A stretch of 64,000 bases of DNA from Mayamaea pseudoterrestris (lineage: Eukaryota), in contig BROI01000014.1 of NCBI GenBank assembly GCA_027923505.1, positions 62,001 through 126,000 of the forward strand, read 5' to 3'. Below are positions 46,001-59,600 of this stretch, in pieces; positions within the stretch are counted from its first letter, which is position 1; each line of letters begins with the position of its first letter. The notes beneath the pieces are model-generated. The model did not search any database. It had not been told where the DNA came from and saw only the letters and a list, made by a program, of their open reading frames with translations. The translations under genes and the position numbers were made by a program.

Positions 46001-49000
46001 CCTAGCGCTGGACCTAGTCTCCTGCCCCAGTGCCACACCAAGCTTGCCCCTCTGTGACTCCCAGTTTGACTCCCAGCACTCACCCCAGCAGCTTGCCATC
46101 AAATGTGCCATCAAGTGATCCAAGTGCCAAGCCTAGTGAATCACCTAGCGCTGGACCTAGTCTCCTTCCCAGTGCCACACCAAGCTTGTCCCCCTCTGTG
46201 ACTCCCAGTTTGACTCCCAGCACTCACCCCAGCAGCTTGCCATCAAATGTGCCATCAAGTGATCCAAGTGCCAAGCCTAGTGAATCACCTAGCGCTGGAC
46301 CTAGTCTCCTTCCCAGTGCCACACCAAGCTTGTCCCCCTCTGTGACTCCCAGTTTGACTCCCAGCACTCACCCCAGCAGCTTGCCATCAAATGTGCCATC
46401 AAGTGATCCAAGTGCCAAGCCTAGTGAATCACCTAGCGCTGGACCTAGTCTCCTTCCCAGTGCCACACCAAGCTTTGTCCCCTTTGTGACTCCCAGTTTG
46501 ACTCCCAGCACTCACCCCAGCAGCTTGCCATCAAATGTGCCATCAAGTGATCCAAGTGCCAAGCCTAGTGCATCACCTAGCGCTGGACCTAGTCTCCTTC
46601 CCAGTGCCACACCAAGCTTGTCCCCCTCTGTGACTCCCAGTTTGACTCCCAGCACTCACCCCAGCAGCTTGCCATCAAATGTGCCATCAAGTGATCCAAG
46701 TGCCAAGCCTAGTGCATCACCTAGCACTGGAGCTATTTCTCCTTTCCAGTGCACCACCAAGCTTGTCCCCCTCTGTGACTCCCAGTTTGACTCCCAGCAC
46801 TCACCCCAGCAGCTTGCCATCAAATGTGCCATCAAGTGATCCAAGTGCCAAGCCTAGTGAATCACCTAGCGCTGGACCTAGTCTCCTTCCCAGTGCCACA
46901 CCAAGCTTGTCCCCCTCTGTGACTCCCAGTTTGACTCCCAGCACTCACCCCAGCAGCTTGCCATCAAATGTGCCATCAAATGTGCCAAGCCAAGTGAATC
47001 ACCTAGCGCTGGACCTAGTCTCCTTCCCAGTGCCACACCAAGCTTGTCCCCCTCTGTGACTCCCAGTTTGACTCCCAGCACTCACCCCAGCAGCTTGCCA
47101 TCAAATGTGCCATCAAGTGATCCAAGTGCCAAGCCTAGTGAATCACCTAGCGCTGTGTCCTGGCCAGTCTCCTAGTCTCCCAGTGCCACACCAAGCTTGT
47201 CCCCCTCTGTGACTCCCAGTTTGACTCCCAGCACTCACCCCAGCAGCTTGCCATCAAATGTGCCATCAAGTGATCCAAGTGCCAAGCCTAGTGCAATCAC
47301 CTAGGCGCTGGACCCAGTCTCCTTCCCAGTGCCACACCAAGCTTGTCCCCCTCTGTGACTCCCAGTTTGACTCCCAGCACTCACCCCAGCAGCTTGCCAT
47401 CAAATGTGCCATCAAGTGATCCAAGTGCCAAGCCTAGTGAATCACCTAGCGCTGGACCTAGTCTCCTTCCCAGTGCCACACCAAGCTTGTCCCCCTCTGT
47501 GACTCCCAGTTTGACTCCCAGCACTCACCCCAGCAGCTTGCCATCAAATGTGCCATCAAGTGATCCAAGTGCCAAGCCTAGTGAATCACCTAGCGCTGGA
47601 CCTAGTCTCCTTCCCAGTGCCACATCAAGCTTGTCCCCCTCTGTGACTCCCAGTTTGACTCCCAGCACTCACCCCAGCAGCTTGCCATCAATTGTGCCAT
47701 CAAGTGATCCAAGCGTCAAGCCCAGTGAATCACCTAGCGCTGGATCTAGTGTCCTTCCGAGTGCCACACCAAGCGTGTCACCCTCTGTGACTCCCAGTTT
47801 GACTCCCAGCACTCACCCCAGCAGCTTGCCATCAAATGTGCCATCAAGTGATCCAAATGCCAAGCCTAGTGCATCATCTGGCGCTGGACCCAGTCTCCTT
47901 CCCAGTGCCACACCAAGCTTGTCCCCCTATGTGACTCCCAGTTTGACTCCCAGCACTCACCCCAGCAGCTTGCCATCAAATGTGCCATCAAGTGATCCAA
48001 GTGCCAAGCCTAGTGAATCACCTAGCGCTGGACCTAGTCTCCTTCCCAGTGCCACACCAAGCTTGTCCCCCTCTGTGACTCCCAGTTTGACTCCCATCAC
48101 TCACCCCAGCAGCTTGCCATCAAATGTGCCATCAAGTGACCCCAGTGCCAAGCCTAGTGAATCACCTAGCGCCGGACCAATTGTCCTTTTCAGTGCTGCA
48201 CCAAGTTTGTCCCCCTCTGTGACTCCCAGTTTGACTCCCAGCACTCACCCCAGCAGCTTGCCATCGAATGTGCCATCAAGTGATCCAAGTGCCAAGCCTA
48301 ATGAATCACCTAGCGCTGGACCTAGTCTCCTTGCCTGAAGCTTGTCCCCCTCTGTGACTCCCAGTTTGACTCCCAGCACTCACCCCAGCAGCTTGCCATC
48401 AAATGTGCCATCAAGTGATCCAAGTGCCAAGCCCAGTGAATCACCTAGCGCTGGACCTAGCGTCCTTCCCAGTGCCACACCAAGCGTGTCACCCTCTGTG
48501 ACTCCCAGTTTGACTCCCAACACTCACCCCAGCAGCTTGCCATCAAATGTGCCATCAAGTGACCCCAGTGCCAAGCCTAGTGAATCACCTAGCGCCGGAC
48601 CAATTGTCCTTCTCAGTGCTGCACCAAGTTTGTCACCTTCTGTGACTCCCAGTTTGACTCTAAGCACTCACCCCAGCAGCTTGCCATCAAATGTGCCGTC
48701 AAGTGCATCAAGTGACACGAGTGTCAAGCCCAGTGAATCACTTAGTAATGGACCTAGTCTCCTTCCCAGTGCAGCACCAAGCTTGTCACCTTCCATGACT
48801 CAAAGTTTGACTCCCAGCACTCACCCCAGCAGCTTGCTATCAAGTGTGCCATCAAGTGACCCAAGCAGCAAGCCCAGTGCCTCACCTAGCACTGGACCTA
48901 GTCTCCTTCCCAGCGTCGCACCAAGCTTGTCACCCTCTGTGACTCCCAGTTTGACTCCCAGCACCCAACCCAGCAGCTTGCCAGTGACTGTTGTGCCAAT

Positions 49001-50423
49001 TACCTTGTCTGAAGAACCTAGTGCTTTGCTGTTTCCTACTCCAACTTTGTTAACATCATTTCCAAGTACTTTTTTGAATTCTTCACCAAGCATCCAATCT
49101 AGCACCACACCTTCCTTTGCTCCAATCTCTCAACAAATGCTTATTTTGCCTACACACCTCCCAAAAGATTCTTTTACACCTTCCTTTGCTCCAATCTCAC
49201 AACAAATGCTTATTTTGCCTACACACCTCCCAAAAAATTCATTTACACCTTCCAGCATGATTGAAAAACCTGTGAAGGCCATGATGCGGTTGAATATGAA
49301 AATGATGCGCATGCGGATGCCATTGGGAATGATGCAAACACCAACACAGATGCATATGCATATGCCCACCAGTCGGCCTGCTATTGGTACCAACATTCAT
49401 ATAAAAGGAAAAGGTTTTCCGGTCACTTCCAAAAACGGTAACGTGACTGGCAAAGTTAAAGGCTCCAAAACAAAATCAAACAAAGGTCTGCCTTTGCACA
49501 ATGCTGCCAAGGGAATATTGTATCAACAAACTGAAGCAAAGGGATCAAAGCGTACCTCAACCATTTCTAAATCCAATTGGAGCAAAATGAAACATATTAA
49601 TAAGGTGACGGCAGAAAACTCTAGTAGTAAGGGACAGAATAATTCAAAAATGGTGGCGGGAAAGCTGTCATCTAGTGGCAAGGGGCTAGGTATGTCTAGC
49701 AAAAAGTCAAAGCATATCACGTCGAAGAACAAAATGAGAGGGAAGGGACAGAACAGAAGTAGCAAGGGATTTAAAGCTTCAAAAAGCAAGAACACCAACA
49801 AACCAAAGGCTCAAGTGAAGGAAAGGCCACAAAAATCAAAAGTAATGAGCAAAAATGGCAGGAGTGCACTAATGTCGCAAAATAGAGACAATAAAGACAC
49901 CAAACCCAAGAAGAACTCAAGCCAGCAGCTTGGATTTGCAAATGCGTTTGATTCACCAAACGCTGCTACAGATAGTGCACTAATTCCGGTCACCCAAAGC
50001 TCCACTGGAGCATCCCACCAAGGTGTACACATCACCAGTTCCAAATTCTCCAAGCATAAACACTCAAAAATGCCTTCACTGCGCATGATCGACTCCAGTT
50101 TGAACCGGAACTGGCCTGAAACTGCGGATATTGATGGTCTAGGCGTGGCGAGAGCCGGAATCTTAGAAAGTGTTTCCGAAATGGAGTTCTTGCCAATTAC
50201 AACACAAACTCACTTGAAGCATGGCAGTGGCATCAACAAGTGGATGGAACCTTACGTTCCTCTTCTTGTGATTGGCATGGTGGGGCTTTTATTATGCTGT
50301 CTATGCTGCCTATGGGTATACTGCATCATTTGTTGTCGACAAAGAAAGGAAGATGACAACCACACAGAAGGAGAGGAGTTTACTCTTAATTTTATGAACA
50401 GAACATCATCAGAAATAGATTGA
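34013..50423 (+). CDS. Giant type-I membrane mucin-like protein (~4,800 aa, 22 exons): signal peptide, globular and Cys-rich N-terminus, (APTK)n, (SRTP)n, 48-aa repeats, Lys-rich region, TM helix
   Basis: Signal-like MFWIFVWIPVCLGTITIVRS. Introns 34622-34912 and 35484-35561, then 19 phase-0 introns within 35909-38880. Final exon 38881-50423 ends with TM YVPLLVIGMVGLLLCCLCCLWVYCIICC-RQRKE. Frame breaks at ~45440-47340 and a TGA at 48336 lie inside the repeat array. Confidence 0.72.
35909..38880 (+). repeat. Tandem intron-exon cassette array: 18 xPTK exons and 19 homologous 80-92-nt introns
   Basis: Junctions are CAG|(G/A)CACC...|GT. Intron type GTATGTCAAGGCAGG...TTCTTGCACAG recurs at 36452, 36919, 37350, 37781 and 38410. 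Confidence 0.9.
38881..39800 (+). repeat. Degenerate 12-bp coding repeat, (TPSR)n
   Basis: Translation PSRTPSQTPSRMPSRT..., with varied codon usage. Confidence 0.9.
39805..48980 (+). repeat. 144-bp coding minisatellite, ~63 copies (TPSLSPSVTPSLTPSTHPSSLPSNVPSSDPSAKPSESPSAGPSLLPSA)
   Basis: Near-identical sequence lines recur every 720 bp (5 x 144). The unit is 12 xPSx tetrapeptides. Copies diverge toward the 3' end. Confidence 0.95.
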
Positions 50424-51564
50424 ATTTGTGCCATTACAATATGTTCTAAAATTGTATGTTTTAACATTGGTTTGATGAATCTATGTGCATATTTTAGGTT
50501 AAACCTATCTGGAGTACTCCAAGAAAGCATCCCCCTATGTTACATACTTCTTTTGGAGTTGGTGAACTCCTGCCTTGCGTAAAGTATAACCATCTTCAAC
50601 CATAATATAGTCTGCAGTGCTTTTTAACGTCACTCAGCCCACATATCTATGGCTTTTTCAATCAGCCCATACTCATTTATACAATAATGAAACGCTCTGA
50701 GTGCCAGCGTGATCAGTACCTTGAGACTTGAGCTTGGCAGTGCTTGCGTGCGTGAAGCATGCAAAAGGCTTAGCTCGTAAAGGTATTGTAGAACCTTTGA
50801 TCCCACCACCTCCTCGCCTCGCGAACGTGTCATTTACCACTGAGACATTGCTGTCGGAAGCGCCGATTGATAAAGCGGCGTGAAAGCGCAACATGCACCA
50901 CACCCGCCGAGCCGCATCATCACGATGTGCATAGTCGATACTCGTAGTTTGGCGCGCAACACTGTTATAACCCAACACTCCGGCGCTATTAATAAAACAC
51001 GGCATCGCTTACCAATAGCAGCATTCCTGATTCTGACACATTACAAGAAGGATAAAGAGCGCGTTGCAGTGCTTGCTTCTTGCCTCCCTCCAACTCGTCA
51101 TGCATCATGGCATGCAACACTCTCTTTTCAGGTGACGGCCGATCAATGTCCAGGATCAATCTTCTAAACCAATCATTGCAAACGTTTCGTGTTTCATCTT
51201 CGCTTGACATGCAGCAACTCGAAAAAACGATAACTTGTGCTTTTGAGGTGAACTCGCCAACGGCACATGCCATACATCGCGAGAAACGAAGGTGCCGAGC
51301 TCGCCCAACGTATGATGGATGCATGTCGCTACTCCAACGTTGGCTCGATCAATTAACGAAACACTCGTTGACGACTGCCGCGTGCGCCATGGCGATTTGA
51401 GCCATGCGTCTGCGCCTCGCCGACACTTGCATGGGCCAAGGTTTCGATATTTACATGTGACAGGAGCATACTTCGCCCGATGATCATTATTAGCTTGCGA
51501 AGCAAATGCAAGCACACACAAACGACAAGGTTGAAAAAGTTTGAAACGATATTGCAGTTGCACC

Positions 51565-54500
51565 ATGAAGTCTTTGGTTACCACGAGCTCCTTGCTCTTG
51601 ATGCTTGTCGGTCTCTGCTGCGGTCCCAGCCTTGTCCGAGCGGAAAACTCCGTCAGAGGAAATCGAAAGGATCATGAGGAGTATGCGGCGGCGTACTACG
51701 CGGAAGCAAATACTTTTAACGAGCAAGCATTCTCGGCGTCGAGCTTGAGTGAGCAAGACATTTCGCTTTTCGAACATGCCATGGCGAGGCTTGTCGAGTC
51801 CATGTCCCTGTCGTTTCCGACGCGCGCCCCGACGATTCCAGCACCATCTTCGCCAAGACCATCCCCATTGATGACGCCACGTCCAACGTTGCAGGCTCCA
51901 GTGACGAAAGCTCCCAGTATTGTAGTGCCAAGCACTACAGTTCCAAGCGGTGCGCCGACGGAGATTTTTCCATCCAAGGCGCCGATTGTTCCAGGTACTT
52001 CTCGTCCGTCCACCACTAAGCCAGTGACGACGCAGCGTCCAACGTTAAGCCCTACCGCTCCATCGACAAAAGCACCAAGTCAGCCCATTGTCACGACACT
52101 TCCGAGCTTCCTGCCAATTAAGGCGCCGACGAGAATTCCCTCCCCTCGGCCGACTAGTGTCACGTCTCCTCGGCCGACGCTACCCTTGACAAGTGCACCC
52201 AGCCAAGTTCCGGTGCTTGCTCCAGTTGCTCAGCCTGTAGCTCCAGTAACAACTGCTCCAGTGTTTGCTCCGACAAGTGTTGCTCCAGTCGCTCCACCAA
52301 CAGCTCCAGTCACAACAGCTCCGGTGCTTGCTCCGTCGAGTGTTTCTCCTGTCGCTCAACCTACACCACCTGTTCTTGCACCATCGAGTGCTGCTCCTAT
52401 TGCTCGCCCTACAGCACCCGTGCTTGCTCCAGTTGTGCAACCTACAGCTCCAGTGACATCAGCTCCCGTACTTGCTCCAACCAGTGCTGCTCCAGTCGTG
52501 CAACCTACAGCTCCAGTGGCTGCTCCATCGAGTGTTGCACCGCCCACGCCACCAGTATCTGCTCCCGTCCTCGCTCCAACAAGTACTGCTCCGGTGGCTC
52601 AGCCAGCAGCACCAGTGACAGGTGCTCCCGTGCTGCTTCCAACAAGTGCCGCTCCGATTATGCAACCCATCACTACCCGACCAGTTGCTGTTCCTTCCCC
52701 GCGACCGACGTTAGTTACTACTCCTCGTCCCACGTCTCCAGCCACTACTGCTCCCGCGCTTGCTCCGGCAAGTTTTGCTCCTGTTATACAACCAACGACT
52801 TCTGCACCAGTTGCTGTCCCGACGAGTGTTCCTGTGAGACCGCCGAGCACAGCCCCAGCTCCATCTACACCCAGTCCGGTTGCAACGCCGCTTCCGACGC
52901 TGCCGTCCACCAAGGTTCCAACTATGCTTCCGAGCCAGCAACCTGGGGGTGGTGCTGGAAGCAAGAGACCGTCTCAGGCAGGCGGTCCCACGATATCCCC
53001 GGCGTTCCCACCTGTCGCTCCATCAACGCCCCGCCCCAGTCCGATCACTTCTCCGCGGCCCACCCCAAGAGCAACGGCTCCATCAACAAAGGCGCCCACA
53101 AGCGCCCCAGTACGTCCCCCATCGTTTCCGCCTGTTGCACCACCAACGCCGAGACCTAGTCTGATCACATCACCTCGCCCAACACCGAGGCCAACGGCTC
53201 CGTCAACAAAAGTACCTTCAGGTGTTCCACTCTTTGTCCCAAGCGAGCAACCTGGTGGTGGCGTTGGAAGCAAGAAACCATCTCAAGCAGGCGGCCCAAG
53301 CGTAGCTCCAGGCACGCCAAGACCCAGCCCTTTGCAGTCACCGCGACCAACCAAACAAGTCAAGACGCCAGCCCCGAGTTCTGCTCCGTTGCGGACGCCG
53401 AGACCTACTGGTCCAGTTCAGTCGCCGCGACCAACGCAGCAGAAGCAACCTGTCAAACCGCCGACGCTGTGCCCGGTACTGACGCCAAGACCATCCGGGC
53501 CAGTGAAGTCACCACGACCGACGCAATTGAAGCCCGCCAGATCGCCCCCTCCCATCAAGGGAGGAAAGAAAGTCAAGGCGGGCAAAAAGGTTAAGGGTGG
53601 CAAGAAAATAAAGGCCGGGAAGAAAATCAAGGGTAAAAAGGTGAAAGCTGGGAAGAAGCAAAAGGGCGCCAAAAAGGTGAAAGCGGCTAAGAAGGTGAAA
53701 GCTGGGAAGAAGCAGAAGGGCGCCAAAAAAGTGAAAGCAGGGAAGCTGAAAGGCGGTCCGAAGAAATTAAAGTCAGGGAAGACTGCAAAACTTAAAGGCA
53801 AACGACCAAAAGTAAAAGGTGCCAAGCAGGTGAAAGTGAAGGCAAGCAAGCAGTCAAAAAGCAAGAGTGCAAAGCAAGCGACTGCACTAATTGCTGAGAG
53901 TGCCATGTCGCTCGCTCCTACTTCCTCAGAACTATATGCATTGTCAACGCCATCAGTCAAAGAAAGCAGTCAGGTCAACTCTCAGAATGGTAAGCCATTA
54001 ACTTGACTGTCATAAATAACGTGTCTCTCCGATGCACCACTTACAAAGACTTCGTGTGCAGGTCTTAAATGCTCCATGTCAGTCATGGTTAAATGTTCTA
54101 CGGAAGTCAATCAAAGCAAGCTAAATTGTACCCCCATCACACCTCCCTCAGTCTCGAAATGTACTGGAAACAAAGTGCGACAGCTTCAGTTTATTTATAA
54201 AGCCAAGCCATGCACTGCTTCTAATGCGACTGGGGAAGGGTTTCAATGCACAGATTCCAACGGCGGCCCCATTTCATCGAAAGTGTTCGTTGACATCATC
54301 ACTGGAACATCTAGCTATTTCAACACAACGGTACAGCCTGGCGATATTTTTGGCATTATTAATTCCGGTGATTTGGCTGAAACAATGAAGTTTGAAATAC
54401 ACAGCATGAATGATGACGCTCCCGATTTGCTGCTTCAAACCGTGTTCTTGAGTTCCAACTGTGCCAAGGAACACGATATAAGTCTGTTGACTCAGTACGG

Positions 54501-54822
54501 AGCCCTTCAGCTTGTTGCATTCGAAAGCGACAAGGACGGGTTTCAGTCTGCCAATGGCTTTCACTCGCAGAGCGTCCAGGTAATGAATGATGGGAACGAG
54601 GATGTCACGCTGCGCTGGGCAAATTTGACATCACCCCTGGCTGGCACAACAGCGTCACTCAGCTTGTCCGACATGCGAATCGAGAATGGTCAGTCTGCTG
54701 ACTTGCATTTGGCGTCAAGCACAACTGACGGAGCTTTCACAAGCACTCTGAAAGTTGCAGGATTTACAGCGAATGGCGATCTTGTAAACTGTTCTGTTGT
54801 CGCCACACGCGCTGTCAACTAG
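51565..54822 (+). CDS. Secreted Pro/Thr-rich and Lys-rich protein with C-terminal Cys-containing diatom domain (DUF7467-like)
   Basis: Signal MKSLVTTSSLLLMLVGLCC, ESMSLS motif, PTPRPT/APV repeats, KKVKAG repeats. Phase-1 intron 53990-54061. C-terminal domain KCTG..LQFIY..KPC..QCTDSNGGP..YF..VQPG..LLQTV..SLLTQYG. Domain name is from memory of the family. Confidence 0.8.
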
Positions 54823-55743
54823 ACAAGGCTGCCTTATTTTGTTGTTAACATAAATGACGCTCATAACTATTAGTAATAAAGAAGATATGTATATGGTTGT
54901 AACATTAGAAACAGCTATTCACAGTATGCATCTTCCGTACCACCCAGCGACTGCAAATCAACTTTTGGTGATAACTGCATTGTCACCGGCATTTCGCGCG
55001 CTTGAACGGCATGACTGATAAGCTGCCTTTGATTAACAGTAAACTGCAAAACTGCGCCCTCTCCACAGCTTCTACATCGTTAACGGCGCACAAAGCACTT
55101 GCTCGCTGCAGGTATTTGGCCTTTTTGCATCGGTGCAAAACTGTTGGCGGAGACAAATGGACAACAACATGCTGCGTCTCAATCCATTTTTTCGCTAATT
55201 TTGTCAAGAGTTGGATGTGCAGCTGTTCACTCTGGCCAAGAACGTGTGGATCGCGACATGAGAGTTTTCGCATGCACATAGTAAGTCATGATTGATAATT
55301 AGTTCTTCGGTAAGCCAGTGACTAGGTCTGATCGCAAACTGCGTTCCATGTCGTCGACGGCGCTTCTTTGCTCATCGTCACTCTCTACCATCAGCGTATT
55401 AGTTGATTGCGCTCGATCGCTGTGATCGAAGGCTGAAAGTCGCTGCATTTCGAAGACTACAGCTCCCGCTACTTGGCTTTCGTCCAAGACTGACATCTAG
55501 CGCTCATCGCTTTGCGGGATGACGAAACGCTAAGGATAATCTATGCGGCCCTGCCAATAATCTTTTACTTTGGCCGACTTTGTGCCATGCCTCTGCACAG
55601 AGCAATTGCGTATAGCGTCAGCGTCAGCTACTTGTCTCTACCGTAGTTGTTATGTCTCTCCGTTTAACCGACGAAGCGAGTCTACCATTCATTAGCTTGA
55701 TGAGCATGGAGGACCCTTGTCTCCTCGACATAATTTGCAGAGT

Positions 55744-55780
55744 GCTGCTGCTGCTGCTGCTGCTGCTGCCGCTGCCGCCG
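55744..55780 (+). repeat. Short (CTG)n/(CCG) microsatellite
   Basis: gctgctgctgctgctgctgctgctgccgctgccgccg. A similar (CTG)n run occurs at ~63318-63337. Confidence 0.7.
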
Positions 55781-56693
55781 ATGCTTCAGCGACTCGCATG
55801 GCAAAGCCGATTGCCGTCTAATGACTGCGAGCTGATGGTGCGTAGCCCGCGCCTACGGTATGTCCACACCGCATGGCGGAGCGATAAGACGCCAGCGGGT
55901 CCATTTGCTAGCTTCGTCTCCGTTAGAAAAAGCTCGATGTTCGAAACTGCTATAAGGATATTGCTTGCAAGTATGTGAAATCGTTGGCGAGTGAACCATG
56001 CATGAAGAAGGCATACCGTAGCGAAGTCGCTTACTTTTCCAGACGATTTTTTGTCGTAGCGGTTTTCCAATGTCAATGCCGCTCGACTCGCCAATTTTAC
56101 TGTCGTCTTGTGATGCAGACTTGGTGTTTTATTGTTTGCTTAAGCGTCGCACACGGAAGAGACCGCCCGCCCAACCGAACGACCGTGTGCCAATCTTACT
56201 CGCAGATGTATAGGTTGGAGATATTGTTCAGTTTTAGAGGAACTTATATCCATGTTACTGTCCGGTCATAATATGCAGCGCTGGTTGACATACATGCCGA
56301 TGATCAAAGCTTTCTCGACTTGCGATGTTAGCCACTGACCGAACGACTCCCATCACCACCGTGTTTTTTACCGACAGTGTGTGGTTCGTTTGCTTTCAGG
56401 CGCCTGCATTGTTCGCTGTACTTGAAGTACGAATTACCGACCAGGAAGGAAGTGTCATTTGGCATGTCGTTTCTAGTATGCGTTGCTGCACAGGGAAGCG
56501 GGAAGCAAGCAGGTTGCAGCTGTCGTTGGCAATCTAATGGTCGAATCCATTGTAAATGTAGCTAAAGCAGAAAAAGTTATAACAACCAATATGCAACTAT
56601 TTGATGTGTTGTTATTCCGTCTATACATATAAAAAGGACGCCTCATCGAGCAGTCCTTGCAACAAATTGCACGCATGTCTCGCTCGACATGAT

Positions 56694-59600
56694 TTAAGCT
56701 TTGACCGTGATCGAGAGCTCAGCTGAGTCAGAAACTGCTTGCATTCCAGATTCTCCTGAAATAGCAAACGTGCTGGTAAAGGTTTGACCCTCGGATGCGT
56801 AAAGATTGATGGCCGTCGTGTCAAATGGGAATGACACTGACTCTCCGGCGCCAACCTTGAGTCCCGGTGGGCTCACCAGGGAAGTTGTTCCAAAGAGGGT
56901 GGATGTGATGTTTGCCCACTTCAAAGTTGCAGCGTCGGCACCAATATTGGACACGATGAAGCTTTGCGAAATAACCTCGATTGCGCTCTGTAAGCCATTG
57001 TCGGCGTTCTTGAATGCCGTGAGCCGTAGCGAACCGTATTGGGTCAAAAGACTCACGTCGCTTTCCTCGCTACAGCTGACACTTGTTGCCACACTCTGCA
57101 ACAGTTGGCCAGGAGCGTTGCCGACTAGACTGGATACCTTGATTCGTATCCTGTTGGACAGGGCGGCGTCAGAGCTTGTGCCAAAGACAACACCTGGCTG
57201 CACAGCTCCACTGAAGTAACTCTTTGTTCCGTCGTAACTCTTGATGGTGACAAAGACGTCTGAGGATGTTGGACCGCCATTGGAATCAGAACATTGGAAG
57301 TCATTGCCAGTCGAGTTGGATGCTGCGCATGGTTTAGCATTGTAGACGTATCGCAGCTGCTGAGCCGTGGAGCCGGAGCATTTCGAGACTGAAGGCGACG
57401 ATAGACTTTCACAAGCGCGAGTTGTATCGCTTGCCAAACTGCATTCAATTGTCGCAGAGAGTGAATCCGTTACTGCTGCGGTCCCTTCTTCGATGCCTGC
57501 AGAAAGGGAAAAAATCCAGTCAGGTGAAAGTAGTCAAAGCCTTTCAATGCACGTCTTCGCTGTCATACAACTTACCACTTTGCTGGAAAACGGCACCTCC
57601 TGTTGAAGCAGTCGATCCGCCTCCACCGCCACCTGTAGTCGCAGTCGATCCACCGTTGCCACCGCTGGTATTTCCACTAGCAGTCGATCCGCCACCGCCG
57701 CCACTAGATTTTTCGCCACTGCTTGACTTTTCGCCGCTTGACTTTCCACCAGCGCTGGATCCGCCATTGCTTGACTTTTCGCCGCTTGACTTTTCACCTG
57801 CACTGGATCCGCCATTGCTTGTCTTTCCGCCGGCGCTTGAACCGCCTCCTGAACTTGTACCCTTTCCAGAACTTTTCGCTTTCGTGGTGGTCCCGCCTTT
57901 ACCACCTGAGCTTTTTACTTTCGACGCGCCGCCTTTGCCGCCCGAGCTCTTTACTTTTGACGCGCCACCTTTGCCGCCCGAGCTCTTGGTCTTTGAAGCG
58001 CCACCTTTGCCGCCTTTCGAGACGCCTCCCTTGCCACCTTTGCTTTTGCTTCCTTTTGCAGACTTCGATTTGCTTCCTTTTGTTTTGGAAAGCTTAGAGC
58101 CCTTTGTCTTTGACAGATTGGAGCCCTTTGTCTTTGACAGCTTGGAGCCCTTCGTCTTCGTACCGAACTTTGGTGCCTTACTCGTGCCAACTTTTGGCGC
58201 CTTTGAACCAAGTTTGGATCCCTTGGTTACGCTGAGCTTGGATCCTTTGGTCTTCCCAAGCTTGTTGCCCTTACTTTTGCTTCCTTTTGGTGCTTTTGAT
58301 CCAAGCTTGGATCCCTTGGTCTTGCCGAGCTTGGATCCCTTTGTCGTTCCAAGTTTGGAACCCTTGATTTTGCTTCCTTTTTGTTTGCCAAATTTTGGGG
58401 CCTTGCTTGTGCTAAGCTTTGAACCAAATTTCGGTGCCTTGCTCGTGCTAACCTTTGAGCCCTTGGTTTTAGATCCCTTGGTCTTAGATCCCTTGGTCTT
58501 GGATCCCTTGGTCTTCGTTCCTGTCGACTTGGAGCCCTTGGTCGTGCTTATCTTTGAACCCTTGGTCTTGCTGCTTTTTGAAGTTTTTCCACCCTTAGAT
58601 TTTGAACTCTTTCCGGCTTTTGAACTTGGCGATGGAAATCCTTTGCCGCCAGCTCCAGATGGGTTTTTTGATCCAGCAGGAATTCCTGGTTGCTCTGACG
58701 CACGAGGTGTGCGAGTGGCGGGTGTTGCAGTTGGCGTACAATCGATGACGCGTCCCTTGGAGCCAGGGCCGCCCTTAATTGTCTTTGATGTAATCTTTTT
58801 TGCGCCAGGATCACCCTTAGTCTTCTTTGCGCCAGGATCGCCCTTGGTCTTCTTTGCGCCAGGATCGCCCTTGGTCTTCTTTGTGCCAGGATCGCCCTTA
58901 GTTTTCTTTGGACCTGGATCACCCTTGGTTTTCTTTGGACCTGGACCAGCCTTGGTTTTCTTTCCCTTTGGTGCTTTCGAACCCTTTGGTAACTTGGGAT
59001 CAGTCCCCTTAGGCGCCTTTGGTACACCGCCCTTTCCTCCCGTGGGTGACTTTGGTGCACCGCCCTTTCCTCCCTTGGGTGACTTTGGTTCACCGCCCTT
59101 TCCTCCCTTAGGTGACTTCGGTTCACCGCCTTTACCGCCCTTGGGTGACTTTGGTAGCTTGCCTTTTGGGGATTTGGTGCCCTTTGGTAACTTGCCTGGA
59201 GGCGTTTTGCTTCCCTTTGGTAGCTTGCCTTTGGGTGATTTGGATTTACTGCCCTTGGGAGACTTCGATTTTGAGCCCTTTGGTCCCTTGCTTCCTTTTG
59301 GTCCCTTGCTGGCTTTTGGCGGTGTTGGCGTGTTGGGCTGCATCGTGCATTCTCGTGTCGGTGTCGGAGCTGGTGTAGTTTCCGGCGAGGGCCTTGGGGT
59401 CATTCCCTGGGAAGGCCTTGGTGTAGTTGGAGTACTAGGCGACGCAATTGGTGGTCGAACTTGAGTTGGTCGCGGCGAAGGCACCGGTGTGGGACGCGTC
59501 GGGGGTCGAACTGGAGGGGCCACTGGGGTTGGTGGGGCCACAGGCGACGGTGGAGCCACTGGAGATGGTGGAGCAACAGGCGATGGTGGAGCCACTGGTG

